From a virus (Duplodnaviria; Caudoviricetes), in IMG/VR virus record IMGVR_UViG_3300026546_000001, positions 32,001 to 96,000 of that record: a stretch of DNA of 64,000 nucleotides; one strand, 5' to 3'. The position numbers were made by a program, and so were the translations under genes. How positions within the stretch are numbered: the first letter of the stretch is position 1; each line of letters starts with the position of its first letter. Under the pieces are notes generated by a model, which had not been told where the DNA came from, did no database searches, and saw nothing but the letters and a program-made list of their open reading frames with translations. Positions 38,768 to 48,847 of the stretch are shown here, one piece after another.

Positions 38768-40117
38768 TTATTCTTCTATTATATTTTCTTCTTCTAAGAT
38801 TAAGTATTTTTTATTTAATTTAAATCTAGCTTTTATCCATTTAAATTCTCCATCGCGTAATTTAATAGCTTTTATGTGATACACACTTTCTTTTTGCATT
38901 TCTGGTGTTCTAATAATACCAAATAATGTATCAGCAGTTTCTAATATTGCTTTAGATTCACTAATATCTTTAGCTGTTATATCATTTGCATCGAATGCAT
39001 CCTTAGCAACTTGCATTGCAGATATAGTAACTAGATTATATTTTTGAGCAATTGCACGTAAACCTTCTGCTAATACTTTACCATTCATATATAATGAATT
39101 ATTATTTTTTATATTTGAATTCATTATCGTTAAATAGTCAACTATTAATACATCAATATTTATACCAGTTCTTTCTTGATATTTTTTAATATAATCATCT
39201 ATATCATATATAGTTGCTGTACCTGATGGATATTCTTTTATATTTATTTTGCCAATTTTATTTTCAAACATATCAGATCCTTTAGCGAATCCATGTTTTA
39301 ATTCAATTAGCTTTTGTTTTATAAAATTATGATCTTTACTTAATTCATCATATTCATATATTGGTATACGTAATCTAGCAGAACCAATACGTTTCATTAC
39401 TTTCTTTTCACTCATTTCTAATGTTATAATCATTACATTTTTTCCAGCATTTGCTGCATTAACTGCGCAATTACCTAACCATAATGATTTTCCAACATTA
39501 GATGGTGCCATAAATATATTTAATGTTTTTCTATCCCAACCACCATTTAATAAATTATCAAAATTAGTCCATCCACTTGATATTTTATTAGCTATTGTAT
39601 CTTGTTCATGATCTTCTGGTTCATCAAAATCTAAACCTAAATCATCATTGTCATATGTTATTAAACTAGTATCACCAACAATATCTTTAATTTCATGATA
39701 AACTTCAAGTGCTGTATCATAATCAATATTTGTATCATCTAAGTTTCTTAGTTTATCAATAGATTGAATCATTTTATCGCGAATTCCTTTTTCTATAATC
39801 CAACCTTTTATTTTTTGAGTTAACCATAAATCATCAGCACTATCTTGATATTCACCTACATCTGTTTTTAAAATAGTTTTAAGTAATTCATCTGATATTT
39901 TTTCTTTTGTTCTATCTTCTAATCTAACTAATTCAACAATTTTTTTAGGAGATGGAATAATTCTATTTTTTTGTGATAAGTAATGTTTTTTAACAACTGA
40001 ATATACAAATTTAACATATTCATTATCAAAATAATGTTCAGATACTTTTTCAAAAAAACTAGGATTTTCAAGTATGTAAGCAAAAAATACTCGTTCTAAA
40101 TTTGGTGTTACTGGCAT
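38768..40117 (-). CDS. Replicative DnaB-like helicase (T4 gp41-like)
   Basis: APSNVGKS, ITLEMSE, IKEYP, IVDYL, AMQ, DISES; AAAC-N16-TTATAA upstream (40148-40173). Confidence 0.92.
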   Translation of the reverse strand: MPVTPNLERVFFAYILENPSFFEKVSEHYFDNEYVKFVYSVVKKHYLSQKNRIIPSPKKIVELVRLEDRTKEKISDELLKTILKTDVGEYQDSADDLWLTQKIKGWIIEKGIRDKMIQSIDKLRNLDDTNIDYDTALEVYHEIKDIVGDTSLITYDNDDLGLDFDEPEDHEQDTIANKISSGWTNFDNLLNGGWDRKTLNIFMAPSNVGKSLWLGNCAVNAANAGKNVMIITLEMSEKKVMKRIGSARLRIPIYEYDELSKDHNFIKQKLIELKHGFAKGSDMFENKIGKINIKEYPSGTATIYDIDDYIKKYQERTGINIDVLIVDYLTIMNSNIKNNNSLYMNGKVLAEGLRAIAQKYNLVTISAMQVAKDAFDANDITAKDISESKAILETADTLFGIIRTPEMQKESVYHIKAIKLRDGEFKWIKARFKLNKKYLILEEENIIEE

Positions 40118-40226
40118 ATATTAACTTTTAAATAATTAATTTAATATTTATAATAAAATACGTATATTTGTTTATACTTTTTAAAATTACTTTTTTATAT
40201 ATAATAAAAAGAATAAAGGTTTAGTT

Positions 40227-40643
40227 GTGATTAAAAACTGGAATGAATATATTAAAATATTAGAAGATACTAATACAGTTCAACCTGATACTTCAGTTGA
40301 ACAAGAATTAACAAATAGAAACACTGATTTAACAGCTGTTAAAAATGATGTAGCAAATATAACTAACATTGCAACTCAATTAAATGGATCTACAAATATT
40401 GAAGAAATAACTAAAAAAGTTGAAGATGCAATTAATTCTTATAATGATCGTAAAGATTCATATATAACATTAGCATTAACATATCTTAAAACTATTGCAG
40501 ATAAACGTGTAATAGAATTAAAATTGGAACAATATAAAACTCAAATACCTGAACTTCAAAATGAATTAAAAACTAAAATTGAAGAATTAAATGCTGAAAT
40601 ACAAAAAGGTCAAGAAGCAAGTTCTTCAGAGATAACAACTTAA
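40227..40643 (+). CDS. Coiled-coil protein with CTS-like leader
   Basis: GTG start; N-terminus MIKNWNEYIKILE. Confidence 0.6.
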   Translation: MIKNWNEYIKILEDTNTVQPDTSVEQELTNRNTDLTAVKNDVANITNIATQLNGSTNIEEITKKVEDAINSYNDRKDSYITLALTYLKTIADKRVIELKLEQYKTQIPELQNELKTKIEELNAEIQKGQEASSSEITT

Positions 40644-40768
40644 TAGTTTTTAATAATATTTTTATTATTTTTATTCACTTTTTTTATATAAATGTTTTCA
40701 TATATTAAACTTTTGTATTATATTTGCATATAAATCTTAAGTAAAATTTAAAAACAGACTAAATTTTA

Positions 40769-42904
40769 ATGTATATGGAAAACGAAAACAAAAAAAGAAA
40801 TTTATATCGAAATAATCGATATGATATTCAAAACAATTTTGATTCATCAGCGAGTTTTGAAGATGAACCAGCAGATGCTGAAGGTATGAATCCAGTTAGT
40901 AGTAAACCTACTAAAGATAATGCGAGTAAAAGTGACACACCTGCATTAGATAGTTTTGGACGTGATTTAACTAAACTTGCAACTGAAGGTAAAATTGATC
41001 CTATTATAGGTAGAGATCGTGAAATTAGCCGAGTTGCACAAATTCTTGGACGTAGAAAGAAAAACAATGTATTACTTATTGGTGATGCTGGTGTTGGTAA
41101 AACTGCAATTGGTGAAGGTTTAGCACTTAAAATTTCACAGAAAAAAGTTTCACGAACATTATTTGATAAACGTATTGTTTCACTTGATCTTGGATCAATT
41201 GTTGCTGGAACAAAATATCGTGGTCAATTTGAAGAAAGAATGAAAGTTATTATGCAAGAACTTGCAGATAACCCAAATATCATTCTATTTATTGATGAAA
41301 TTCATACAATTGTTGGTGCTGGTGGAAGTAGTGGTTCATTAGATGCTGCTAATATGTTTAAACCTGCACTTGCAAGAGGTGAAATTCAATGTATTGGCGC
41401 CACAACACTTGATGAATATCGTGAAAATATTGAAAAAGATGGTGCACTTGATCGTAGATTTCAACGTGTAATGGTTGATCCAACTACTGTTGAAGAAACT
41501 AAAGAAATACTTGATAATATTAAGGTATTTTACGAAGATTTTCATAGAGTTGAATATACAGATGAAGCAATTGACCAATGCGTTAAATTAGCTGAACGTT
41601 ATATTACTGATAGAGCTTTTCCTGATAAAGCTATTGATATAATGGATGAAGCAGGATCAAGAGTTCACATTGATAATATTCAAGTTCCTAATACAATTGT
41701 TAAATTGGAAGAAGAAATTGAAGAAGTAATTGAAGAAAAAAATGATGTTGTAAAAGCACAACAATATGAAGCAGCTGCTAAACTTCGTGATAAAGAAGTT
41801 GAATTGAAAGAAGAGCTTGAAAAAGCTAAACTTGATTGGGAAGAAGAATTAAAATTGCACCGTGAAACTGTAACTGGCGATAATATCGCAGATGTTGTTT
41901 CAATTATGACTGGTATTCCAGTTAGTAAAGTTGGTGAAGATGAAGCGACAAAAATTCTTAATCTTGAAAAATCACTTAAAAAAGTAGTTGTTGGACAAGA
42001 TAAAGCAATTGAAAAAATTAGTAAAGCAATACGTAGAAGTAGAGTTGGCTTGAAAAGAAAAACTAAACCAATTGGTTCATTTATTTTCTTAGGCCCAACT
42101 GGTGTTGGTAAAACATATCTTGCAAAAATGCTTGCAAAACAATTGTTTGATGATGAAGACAATATTATACGAGTTGATATGTCTGAATACCAAGAAAAAT
42201 TTAGTATCAGTCGTATGGTTGGAGCACCTCCGGGATATGTTGGATATGAAAAAGGTGGTTCTGATTTCTCTGAAAAAGTAAGAAGAAAGCCTTATTCAGT
42301 TGTACTTCTTGATGAAATTGAAAAAGCGCACCCAGATGTATTTAATGTATTACTTCAAGTACTTGACGAAGGACACTTAACTGATTCGCTTGGACGTAAA
42401 GTAAACTTTAAAAACACAGTTCTTATTATGACAAGCAATATTGGAGTAAAAGAACTTGCACAACGTGGTACTTCATTTGGATTTACAGCTGGAAATAAGG
42501 AAGAACAAGAAAATGAAGAACAAAAAGCATTCTTGAAAAAGAAACTTAAAAACCATTTTTCTCCTGAATTTTTAAATCGTGTAGATGATGTAATTTTATT
42601 CAATTCATTACGTAAAAAACAACTTCACGATATCGTTGAACTTAGTATGAAAGATCTTAAAGATCGAGTTAACGAACTTGGATTTTCAGTTGAATTAACT
42701 GAAGACGCTAAAGACTTTATTTTAAATAAAGGATATGATAAAGAATACGGTGCACGTCCTTTGAACAGAGCAATTGAGAAATATATTGAAGATGTTCTTG
42801 CAGAAGAAATGCTCGTTGGTAACATACCTCAAAACTCTAAAGTTGTATTGGATGTATCTAAAGATAAAAAATCTTTGGAAGTATCTGAAGTCAAAAAAGA
42901 GTAG
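40769..42904 (+). CDS. clpC: ClpC-type AAA+ unfoldase lacking the N-terminal Clp-repeat domain
   Basis: TPALDSFGRDLT, GDAGVGKT, FIDEIH, UVR coiled coil (QQYEAAAKLRD), GPTGVGKT, LDEIEKAHPDV, FGF ClpP-binding loop, GARPL. Confidence 0.93.
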   Translation: MYMENENKKRNLYRNNRYDIQNNFDSSASFEDEPADAEGMNPVSSKPTKDNASKSDTPALDSFGRDLTKLATEGKIDPIIGRDREISRVAQILGRRKKNNVLLIGDAGVGKTAIGEGLALKISQKKVSRTLFDKRIVSLDLGSIVAGTKYRGQFEERMKVIMQELADNPNIILFIDEIHTIVGAGGSSGSLDAANMFKPALARGEIQCIGATTLDEYRENIEKDGALDRRFQRVMVDPTTVEETKEILDNIKVFYEDFHRVEYTDEAIDQCVKLAERYITDRAFPDKAIDIMDEAGSRVHIDNIQVPNTIVKLEEEIEEVIEEKNDVVKAQQYEAAAKLRDKEVELKEELEKAKLDWEEELKLHRETVTGDNIADVVSIMTGIPVSKVGEDEATKILNLEKSLKKVVVGQDKAIEKISKAIRRSRVGLKRKTKPIGSFIFLGPTGVGKTYLAKMLAKQLFDDEDNIIRVDMSEYQEKFSISRMVGAPPGYVGYEKGGSDFSEKVRRKPYSVVLLDEIEKAHPDVFNVLLQVLDEGHLTDSLGRKVNFKNTVLIMTSNIGVKELAQRGTSFGFTAGNKEEQENEEQKAFLKKKLKNHFSPEFLNRVDDVILFNSLRKKQLHDIVELSMKDLKDRVNELGFSVELTEDAKDFILNKGYDKEYGARPLNRAIEKYIEDVLAEEMLVGNIPQNSKVVLDVSKDKKSLEVSEVKKE

Positions 42905-42925
42905 TTCATAGTCTGTTTGTAAATT

Positions 42926-42962
42926 AAATGCTTCATAATTTTTATTATGAAGCATTTTTTTT
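42926..42962 (+). terminator. Intrinsic terminator after clpC
   Basis: AAATGCTTCATAAT...ATTATGAAGCATTT followed by a T-tract. Confidence 0.8.
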
Positions 42963-42973
42963 ATATTTGTAAT

Positions 42974-43840
42974 ATGAAAGTAAATGATATAGTAAATCCA
43001 TATGGTAGAATAACTAGAATTTCAGATTATTATGTTTGGTTTGGAAAAAAACGTTATTCAAAGAAAACAATATCTGAATTTCCAATTATATACGCTAAAA
43101 GTCCAAATGTTAAAATAGATTGGACTAATGAAAAAGAAGTTGACGAATATTATAAATCATTTAATGAATGGAGTGTTCCAATTAGAATGGGTGATAATAG
43201 AAATTATGAAATATTTAAAATAAAAAATAATAAAGTATATAAAAATGGTGAATATTATCTTCCATTAAAGTTTGAAAATTCAATTCCAAGTAAAGTAAAA
43301 TATGAAGATGGGTATGCATATGGATTTTGTATTACTAAAAAAAATGCATGGTATGATAATATGGATGCTGAATATGTTAATATCTATATGGTAAATAAGT
43401 TATTAACAGATGAATTTATTGAAAAACGAAAATTAAAAATGTTTCTTAGAAATGAATTTATAAGTAATACTGAATATATTAAATATTTAGATTATAATCA
43501 TTTAGATGAATACGATTTACATTTAATTAAACAAAATTTTACTGAAATACTTAAAGATTATTTACCATATAAATATAAAGATGTTTTTATTGATTATGGA
43601 CAATTTTACAACGTAGTTGTGAAATATGAATCAATGATTGGTTATTTAACTATTGATAATAGTTATCATGGACAGCAGCCGTATGGAGAAGATTACGGAT
43701 TAATAATAAAAATTAATCCATTTTTTACAAATGAAATGAAATATTATATACAAGTTGATAATATAAAAAAATTAAATAAACAAGTGCTTAATGCTATTGC
43801 AAAAGAATTAATTAAAAAATGGTCAAAATATAAATATTAA
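42974..43840 (+). CDS. Hypothetical protein (start moved to 42974)
   Basis: The track start lies in the terminator; ATG 42974 follows TATATTTG. Confidence 0.6.
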   Translation: MKVNDIVNPYGRITRISDYYVWFGKKRYSKKTISEFPIIYAKSPNVKIDWTNEKEVDEYYKSFNEWSVPIRMGDNRNYEIFKIKNNKVYKNGEYYLPLKFENSIPSKVKYEDGYAYGFCITKKNAWYDNMDAEYVNIYMVNKLLTDEFIEKRKLKMFLRNEFISNTEYIKYLDYNHLDEYDLHLIKQNFTEILKDYLPYKYKDVFIDYGQFYNVVVKYESMIGYLTIDNSYHGQQPYGEDYGLIIKINPFFTNEMKYYIQVDNIKKLNKQVLNAIAKELIKKWSKYKY

Positions 43841-43879
43841 TTTTTAAAATTAATATATAATAAAAAATAATACATTTAA

Positions 43880-44098
43880 ATGGACAAGTTTTCTAAAATT
43901 TTAGAAAGAGGCGGATTAGGACATAATTTTGATATTTCTGCTGATGTTGTAATGAAAAATAATCAAAAATTTAAAGTATCATTTGTTGTTAATTCGTTAA
44001 ATGAAAAAACTGCAATTAAAGATGCTTATAAATTATTAGAAGAAGCAGATTATATTTCATCTGTTAAAAAAATGTATGAACCTAAAAAAATATTATAA
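43880..44098 (+). CDS. Hypothetical protein
   Basis: AATATATA upstream; N-terminus MDKFSKILE. Confidence 0.55.
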   Translation: MDKFSKILERGGLGHNFDISADVVMKNNQKFKVSFVVNSLNEKTAIKDAYKLLEEADYISSVKKMYEPKKIL

Positions 44099-44104
44099 TA
44101 TACT

Positions 44105-44416
44105 ATGAAAAAATTAACAGATCTATTTAATAATAACGAAACTAAAATAAATACAAGTACAAATCCAATAAAAAACATTTTAGAAGATAAATTGGTTGTT
44201 GAAAGTGTAAATGAAGATTTAACTAATCACAATATAAATATTGTTGGAATTGATGAAGCAGTTAACGAATTAGAAAAAGAATTTGCAATTAGACTAATAA
44301 AAGAACAAATCAAAATGTGTTCAAATATTTATAATAATTTTAGAGTTGGACAATTTGAGTATTTAGATAAATTAACTGAATCATTACATAATACATTAAA
44401 TAAACTTCAAGCATAA
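44105..44416 (+). CDS. Hypothetical protein
   Basis: 103-aa ORF. Confidence 0.55.
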   Translation: MKKLTDLFNNNETKINTSTNPIKNILEDKLVVESVNEDLTNHNINIVGIDEAVNELEKEFAIRLIKEQIKMCSNIYNNFRVGQFEYLDKLTESLHNTLNKLQA

Positions 44417-44460
44417 AACAATTTTAAATTTTATTCATATATAAAATAAAATAAAATGAT

Positions 44461-44991
44461 ATGAATAAAAGTTCTTATAATGAAATTGTTAGATTAATTA
44501 AACAAATTTGGGATAAAGCTTTAACTGATTTAGATGATATATCTATGCATATTGCGTTATATACACCAAACGCATTATATCCAGTGTTAGAAGAACATCA
44601 AAGTGTTTACGAATATACAATAACATTTTTAAATCCATTATTATATAGAGATTTATATGCATATGCTAGTAAAATAGATTCATTAACGTATTGGTATAAT
44701 ATTGAAATGTTTTCAATGTATAAAGAAACATTTGAAAATATTGATGTTTTTTATTTAAAATGGGGTTCATTTATTGAAATAAATATATCTGAAGAAGAAT
44801 TTAATAAATGGAAACAAATATTTATTAAAAATATGAGAGCTGTTTCATATAAATCAACAATATCAAAAGATAATTTAAAAATATTAAGATATTTAAATCA
44901 ATATATTTATAATAATATGGATTCAATAGATAATATAAATGAAATACTTGATAATGAAACAGAAGAAACAGAAGAAACAAAAGAAAATTAA
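44461..44991 (+). CDS. Hypothetical protein
   Basis: 176-aa ORF. Confidence 0.55.
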   Translation: MNKSSYNEIVRLIKQIWDKALTDLDDISMHIALYTPNALYPVLEEHQSVYEYTITFLNPLLYRDLYAYASKIDSLTYWYNIEMFSMYKETFENIDVFYLKWGSFIEINISEEEFNKWKQIFIKNMRAVSYKSTISKDNLKILRYLNQYIYNNMDSIDNINEILDNETEETEETKEN

Positions 44992-45108
44992 ATTAAAAAA
45001 CATAAAAAAATTTAAAGAATTTAAAAATAAATCTGAAGAAGAAGAATATTATACTGGAACATCAACTCCATATTTTGCGCAAAATTATCCATCGTATTTA
45101 AAAAATTT

Positions 45109-45137
45109 AAAAAATCACTCAAAAGAGTGATTTTTTT
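45109..45137 (+). terminator. Intrinsic terminator
   Basis: AAAAATCACTC-AAAA-GAGTGATTTTT. Confidence 0.75.
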
Positions 45138-45207
45138 ATTAAAACAAATTAAGAGACATATATATATCTGATAAATAAACAATAATAAAAAATAAATTTA
45201 AATAATT

Positions 45208-45525
45208 ATGAATGATAATGATATTTTATATGCAATAGGATATAATAACAGAATAAGCGATAATTTAGTTGTTTACATTACACCATATGGATATTGGAAA
45301 AAAAATAAAGATATAGCATATGAATATGATGATGAAATGTATGATACTATATATGAAATGACTAATCATGTAAATTTAATTCAATTAATGGAAGGTGTAT
45401 ATGAAACATCTGATCCATATATTGAATTAGAAGAATTAGAAAGTGAATTGATAAATGCTGGATTTATAAAAGATGAAGAATTTATAAATTTTATTGAAGA
45501 AACTGAATTTACTGAAACTGTTTAA
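45208..45525 (+). CDS. Acidic hypothetical protein
   Basis: 105-aa ORF. Confidence 0.55.
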   Translation: MNDNDILYAIGYNNRISDNLVVYITPYGYWKKNKDIAYEYDDEMYDTIYEMTNHVNLIQLMEGVYETSDPYIELEELESELINAGFIKDEEFINFIEETEFTETV

Positions 45526-45526
45526 T

Positions 45527-45552
45527 AAACATTTTTAAAATTATTAATATAT
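45527..45552 (+). promoter_or_regulatory. Putative phage promoter AAAC-N16-ATATAT upstream of the glycosyltransferase/thyA operon
   Basis: AAAC atttttaaaattatta ATATAT. Confidence 0.5.
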
Positions 45553-45573
45553 TAAATAAATTCACATTAATTA

Positions 45574-46683
45574 ATGGATAATATTACAATAACCCATAAA
45601 GCTGGAGCTAAAGTTGAAATAAAAGGTAATAGTAACAAACAATATCATATACAATTTATTGATGATGATACAAATGAATTAATAAATGAAGGTACTATAA
45701 ATGTAAATAGGTCAATTTCAGCAAAACCAGAATATTATATAAAATGGAGAATAATAATTTCTACTAATAATAAAGTAATATCTGATACTGTTTTAAATTT
45801 AGAAGGTAAAAATGTATTAATATCATTTGAATCATCTGCATTAGGTGACACTATATCTTGGATACCATATGTTTTAGAATTTAAACGTAAACATAAATGT
45901 AATGTGTATTGTGCAACATTTAAAAATAAATTATTTGAAAAAGAATACCCAGAAATAAATTTTATAACAAGAAGCACTGTTGTACCAGATGTAATGACTG
46001 TTTATAGAATTGGTTGGTTTGGAAGAGGTGAAAAAAATCACAGAAATAAAATTGATTGTAGAACAATTCCATTACAACAATTAGTATGTGAAACTTTAGG
46101 TTTAGAATATAAAGAAATTAGACCAAAAATAACATTTGATAAACGTGCTCCATTAGTTAATAATTCAAATTATGTTGCAATTAGTACAGATTCAACTGCT
46201 CAAGCAAAATATTGGAATAGAAAAGGCGCGTGGCAAGAATTAGTGAATTGGTTAAATGATCGTGGATATACTGTAGTTAACATGAGTAAACAACAAAATA
46301 ATTTAAAAAATGTCGTTGATAAAACTGGTATAGCACCTTTAGAAAATTTAGTTAATATTGCACAGTATGCAAAATTTTATATTGGTTTAAGTTCAGGATT
46401 AGCATGGATGTCGTGGGCATTAGGTAAAAAAGTTGTAATGATAGCAGGATTTACTGCAAAATGGTTTGAATTTCAAGAAAATAATTATAGAGTTCGCAAT
46501 GATTCAGTTTGTAACTCGTGTTTTACAGATACAAGATATTGGTTCAACAGAGGAGATTGGATGTGGTGTCCTGTACATAAAGGAACACCAAAACATTTTA
46601 TATGTCATAAGTCTATTACACCTGAAATGGTAGAGGAAAAAATTATTCAACTTGAACAAGATTTAGAAAAAGAAAAAGCATAG
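45574..46683 (+). CDS. GT-B glycosyltransferase, autotransporter heptosyltransferase (Aah/TibC)-like
   Basis: SSALGDTISW, STAQAKYWN, YIGLSSGLAW, VVMIAGFT, Cys cluster VCNSCF...WCP.H...FIC..SIT. Confidence 0.8.
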   Translation: MDNITITHKAGAKVEIKGNSNKQYHIQFIDDDTNELINEGTINVNRSISAKPEYYIKWRIIISTNNKVISDTVLNLEGKNVLISFESSALGDTISWIPYVLEFKRKHKCNVYCATFKNKLFEKEYPEINFITRSTVVPDVMTVYRIGWFGRGEKNHRNKIDCRTIPLQQLVCETLGLEYKEIRPKITFDKRAPLVNNSNYVAISTDSTAQAKYWNRKGAWQELVNWLNDRGYTVVNMSKQQNNLKNVVDKTGIAPLENLVNIAQYAKFYIGLSSGLAWMSWALGKKVVMIAGFTAKWFEFQENNYRVRNDSVCNSCFTDTRYWFNRGDWMWCPVHKGTPKHFICHKSITPEMVEEKIIQLEQDLEKEKA

Positions 46684-46685
46684 TT

Positions 46686-47009
46686 ATGGCTGATAATATA
46701 CATCCATTTGACAAATTGCCAGAAGATACAGCTATTAATAAAATTATAGATGAATTTGATTTTGAATTAGTTAGATCATATATGATGATTAATAATTGGA
46801 AAGTTGCAACTGCGCATGATTATGATTTAGTTATACCAACTATAGATGATTTAAAAAAAACTGCTCGTGATATATTAGAAAGCGCCGAAGCAATAGAAAA
46901 TAATCCTTCATTTGTGTATACTGCAGGATTAATGGCAACAAAATGGGGTGATGAGTTATCATTATATTTTATAATAGAAAATAAAACGGAAATAAGAAAA
47001 TTTGAATAA
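46686..47009 (+). CDS. Hypothetical phage protein
   Basis: 107-aa ORF within the operon. Confidence 0.55.
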   Translation: MADNIHPFDKLPEDTAINKIIDEFDFELVRSYMMINNWKVATAHDYDLVIPTIDDLKKTARDILESAEAIENNPSFVYTAGLMATKWGDELSLYFIIENKTEIRKFE

Positions 47010-47012
47010 ATT

Positions 47013-47696
47013 ATGAAAATATGGATTACAATACCAACGTGGAATAGGAAAAAAACTGCAGAAACAATTATTCCAATTACATATAAACATAAAAAAGATC
47101 ATTTTTTACATATTACAGATGATTATTCAACTGAATATAACGCATTTGAATTATTTAAAAATCATGCTGATCAAATTGAACGGCCACCTAAAAAATTAGG
47201 AGTTCAATTATTAAGATGTTGGGAATTTAGAAAGTTTTTAGAAACAGATTATGATCTTATTTATATGACTGATTCTGATGCATTACATGATCCTAATTTT
47301 ACTGATAGATTATTGGAATTATATGATGTAACAAAACATCCAGTTTGTATATACAATACAAACTGGCATATACGCGCAACAATAAATTACAATGAAAAAT
47401 ATAATTTTTATTGGCGTCGAACAATGCCAGGTGTTAGTCAATTATATGATAGAAGTATGGTTGAAAAGATAGTTAAAGAATTAGATAAACGAGGTGATCC
47501 AGTGTATGCATGGGATTATAGAGTTTTAGAATACTTAGGAATGAAAAGTGCAACTAGTAAAACTTCATACATGCAACATTTTGGAGGACCTGGAAGTATA
47601 CATAATAAAACTTTAACTAGTGATACTGCGCTTGAACCAACTGAATATTTAAAAAGTATGTGGAATCCAATATTAAAACAAATTACAAAAAGATGA
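47013..47696 (+). CDS. GT-A (GT2-like) glycosyltransferase
   Basis: ITIPTWNR, DDYSTE, DxD motif MTDSD, WD, QH.G; paralogue of 48844..49572. Confidence 0.8.
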   Translation: MKIWITIPTWNRKKTAETIIPITYKHKKDHFLHITDDYSTEYNAFELFKNHADQIERPPKKLGVQLLRCWEFRKFLETDYDLIYMTDSDALHDPNFTDRLLELYDVTKHPVCIYNTNWHIRATINYNEKYNFYWRRTMPGVSQLYDRSMVEKIVKELDKRGDPVYAWDYRVLEYLGMKSATSKTSYMQHFGGPGSIHNKTLTSDTALEPTEYLKSMWNPILKQITKR

Positions 47697-47998
47697 AAGA
47701 CGGTGAAGAATTTCTACAATCAAAAAAAATATTTCATCATCCATGGGTTTATTCAACAAATGAAAAAACTGGATATGAAATAGCGTCGTTATTAGATGAA
47801 TATGCAGATTATGTTTTAAAAGAACATAAAATAAAGTCAGTTAGCGAACGATTTGATGATGACAAATTTATATTCAATGTCTGTCTTAGTTATCGTCACG
47901 ATTTTGGACTATTAACAGATAAACAACAAAAAGAAATAATTTTTGAATGTAAAGAGTGGATGAGAGCTATAAAAAATAATGAACCATATAATTTATAA
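47693..47998 (+). CDS. Hypothetical protein
   Basis: Probable ATGA-coupled start at 47693. Confidence 0.5.
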   Translation: MKDGEEFLQSKKIFHHPWVYSTNEKTGYEIASLLDEYADYVLKEHKIKSVSERFDDDKFIFNVCLSYRHDFGLLTDKQQKEIIFECKEWMRAIKNNEPYNL

Positions 47999-48001
47999 AT
48001 T

Positions 48002-48847
48002 ATGCATTTTGAATTACAATACTTAAATTTAATAGATACTATTTTAAAAAATGGCATTTTAAAGGAAAATAGAACAGGTGTTAGTGCATACACAATTGCA
48101 CATACAATGCTTCAACATGATATGCAAAATGGATTTCCATTATTAACTACTAAAAAAATGGGAATAAAAAGTATATCCGCAGAACTTGAATTTTTCATAA
48201 AGGGGTTAACTGATAAACAATGGTTAAAGGATAGAAAATGTTCAATCTGGAATGAATGGTGTAATCCTAAAAAAATACCTAATGATTTAACAGATGATGA
48301 AAGAAAAGCTTATCAACTCACTGAAAATGACTTAGGGCCTATATATGGGTACCAGTGGAGAAACTTTAATAGTAGTGGATATGATCAACTTAAACATATA
48401 GTAAATACTCTTAAAACGAATCCAAATGATCGTAGAATGGTATGTTCAAGTTGGAATCCTCTTGAAATGGATAGTATGGCATTACCGCCGTGTCATGTTT
48501 TATGGCATGTTACAGTTATTGGTAATAAATTAAATTTAAGTTGGTTTCAAAGATCTTGTGATGTAGGAGCAGGTATTCCATATAATATGGCATCATACGC
48601 CATATTATTAAAATTGTTAGCTAAAGAATCTAATTTAGAAGAAGGTATAATAACTGGATTTTTATCTGATGTTCATATTTATGAAAATCATGTTGATCAA
48701 CTGAAAGAGCAAATAACTAGAACAAATTATGATGAACCACAATTAGAAATTTTAAATTTTACAAATATATTTAATTGGAAATATACAGATTTAAAACTTC
48801 ATAATTACAATTATCATCCTAAAATATATTTACCAATAGCGGTATGA
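48002..48847 (+). CDS. thyA: Thymidylate synthase
   Basis: NRTG, FPLLTTKK, LGPIYGYQWR, MALPPCH, QRSCD...PYN (dUMP-specifying Asn), DVHIYENH. Confidence 0.96.
   Translation: MHFELQYLNLIDTILKNGILKENRTGVSAYTIAHTMLQHDMQNGFPLLTTKKMGIKSISAELEFFIKGLTDKQWLKDRKCSIWNEWCNPKKIPNDLTDDERKAYQLTENDLGPIYGYQWRNFNSSGYDQLKHIVNTLKTNPNDRRMVCSSWNPLEMDSMALPPCHVLWHVTVIGNKLNLSWFQRSCDVGAGIPYNMASYAILLKLLAKESNLEEGIITGFLSDVHIYENHVDQLKEQITRTNYDEPQLEILNFTNIFNWKYTDLKLHNYNYHPKIYLPIAV

Noticed and set aside
40828-42955. Antisense ORFs over clpC, and similar ones over uvsX, tyrS, the topoisomerase and the fibre genes
   Set aside because: These are shadow frames of well-supported genes and have no motifs or expression signals.
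44939-45130. 63-aa ORF overlapping the end of 44461..44991
   Set aside because: Its start is buried in the upstream gene and its end runs into a terminator. The LKNIKKFKEF segment resembles the leader motif, so it may be a remnant, but I cannot support it as a gene.
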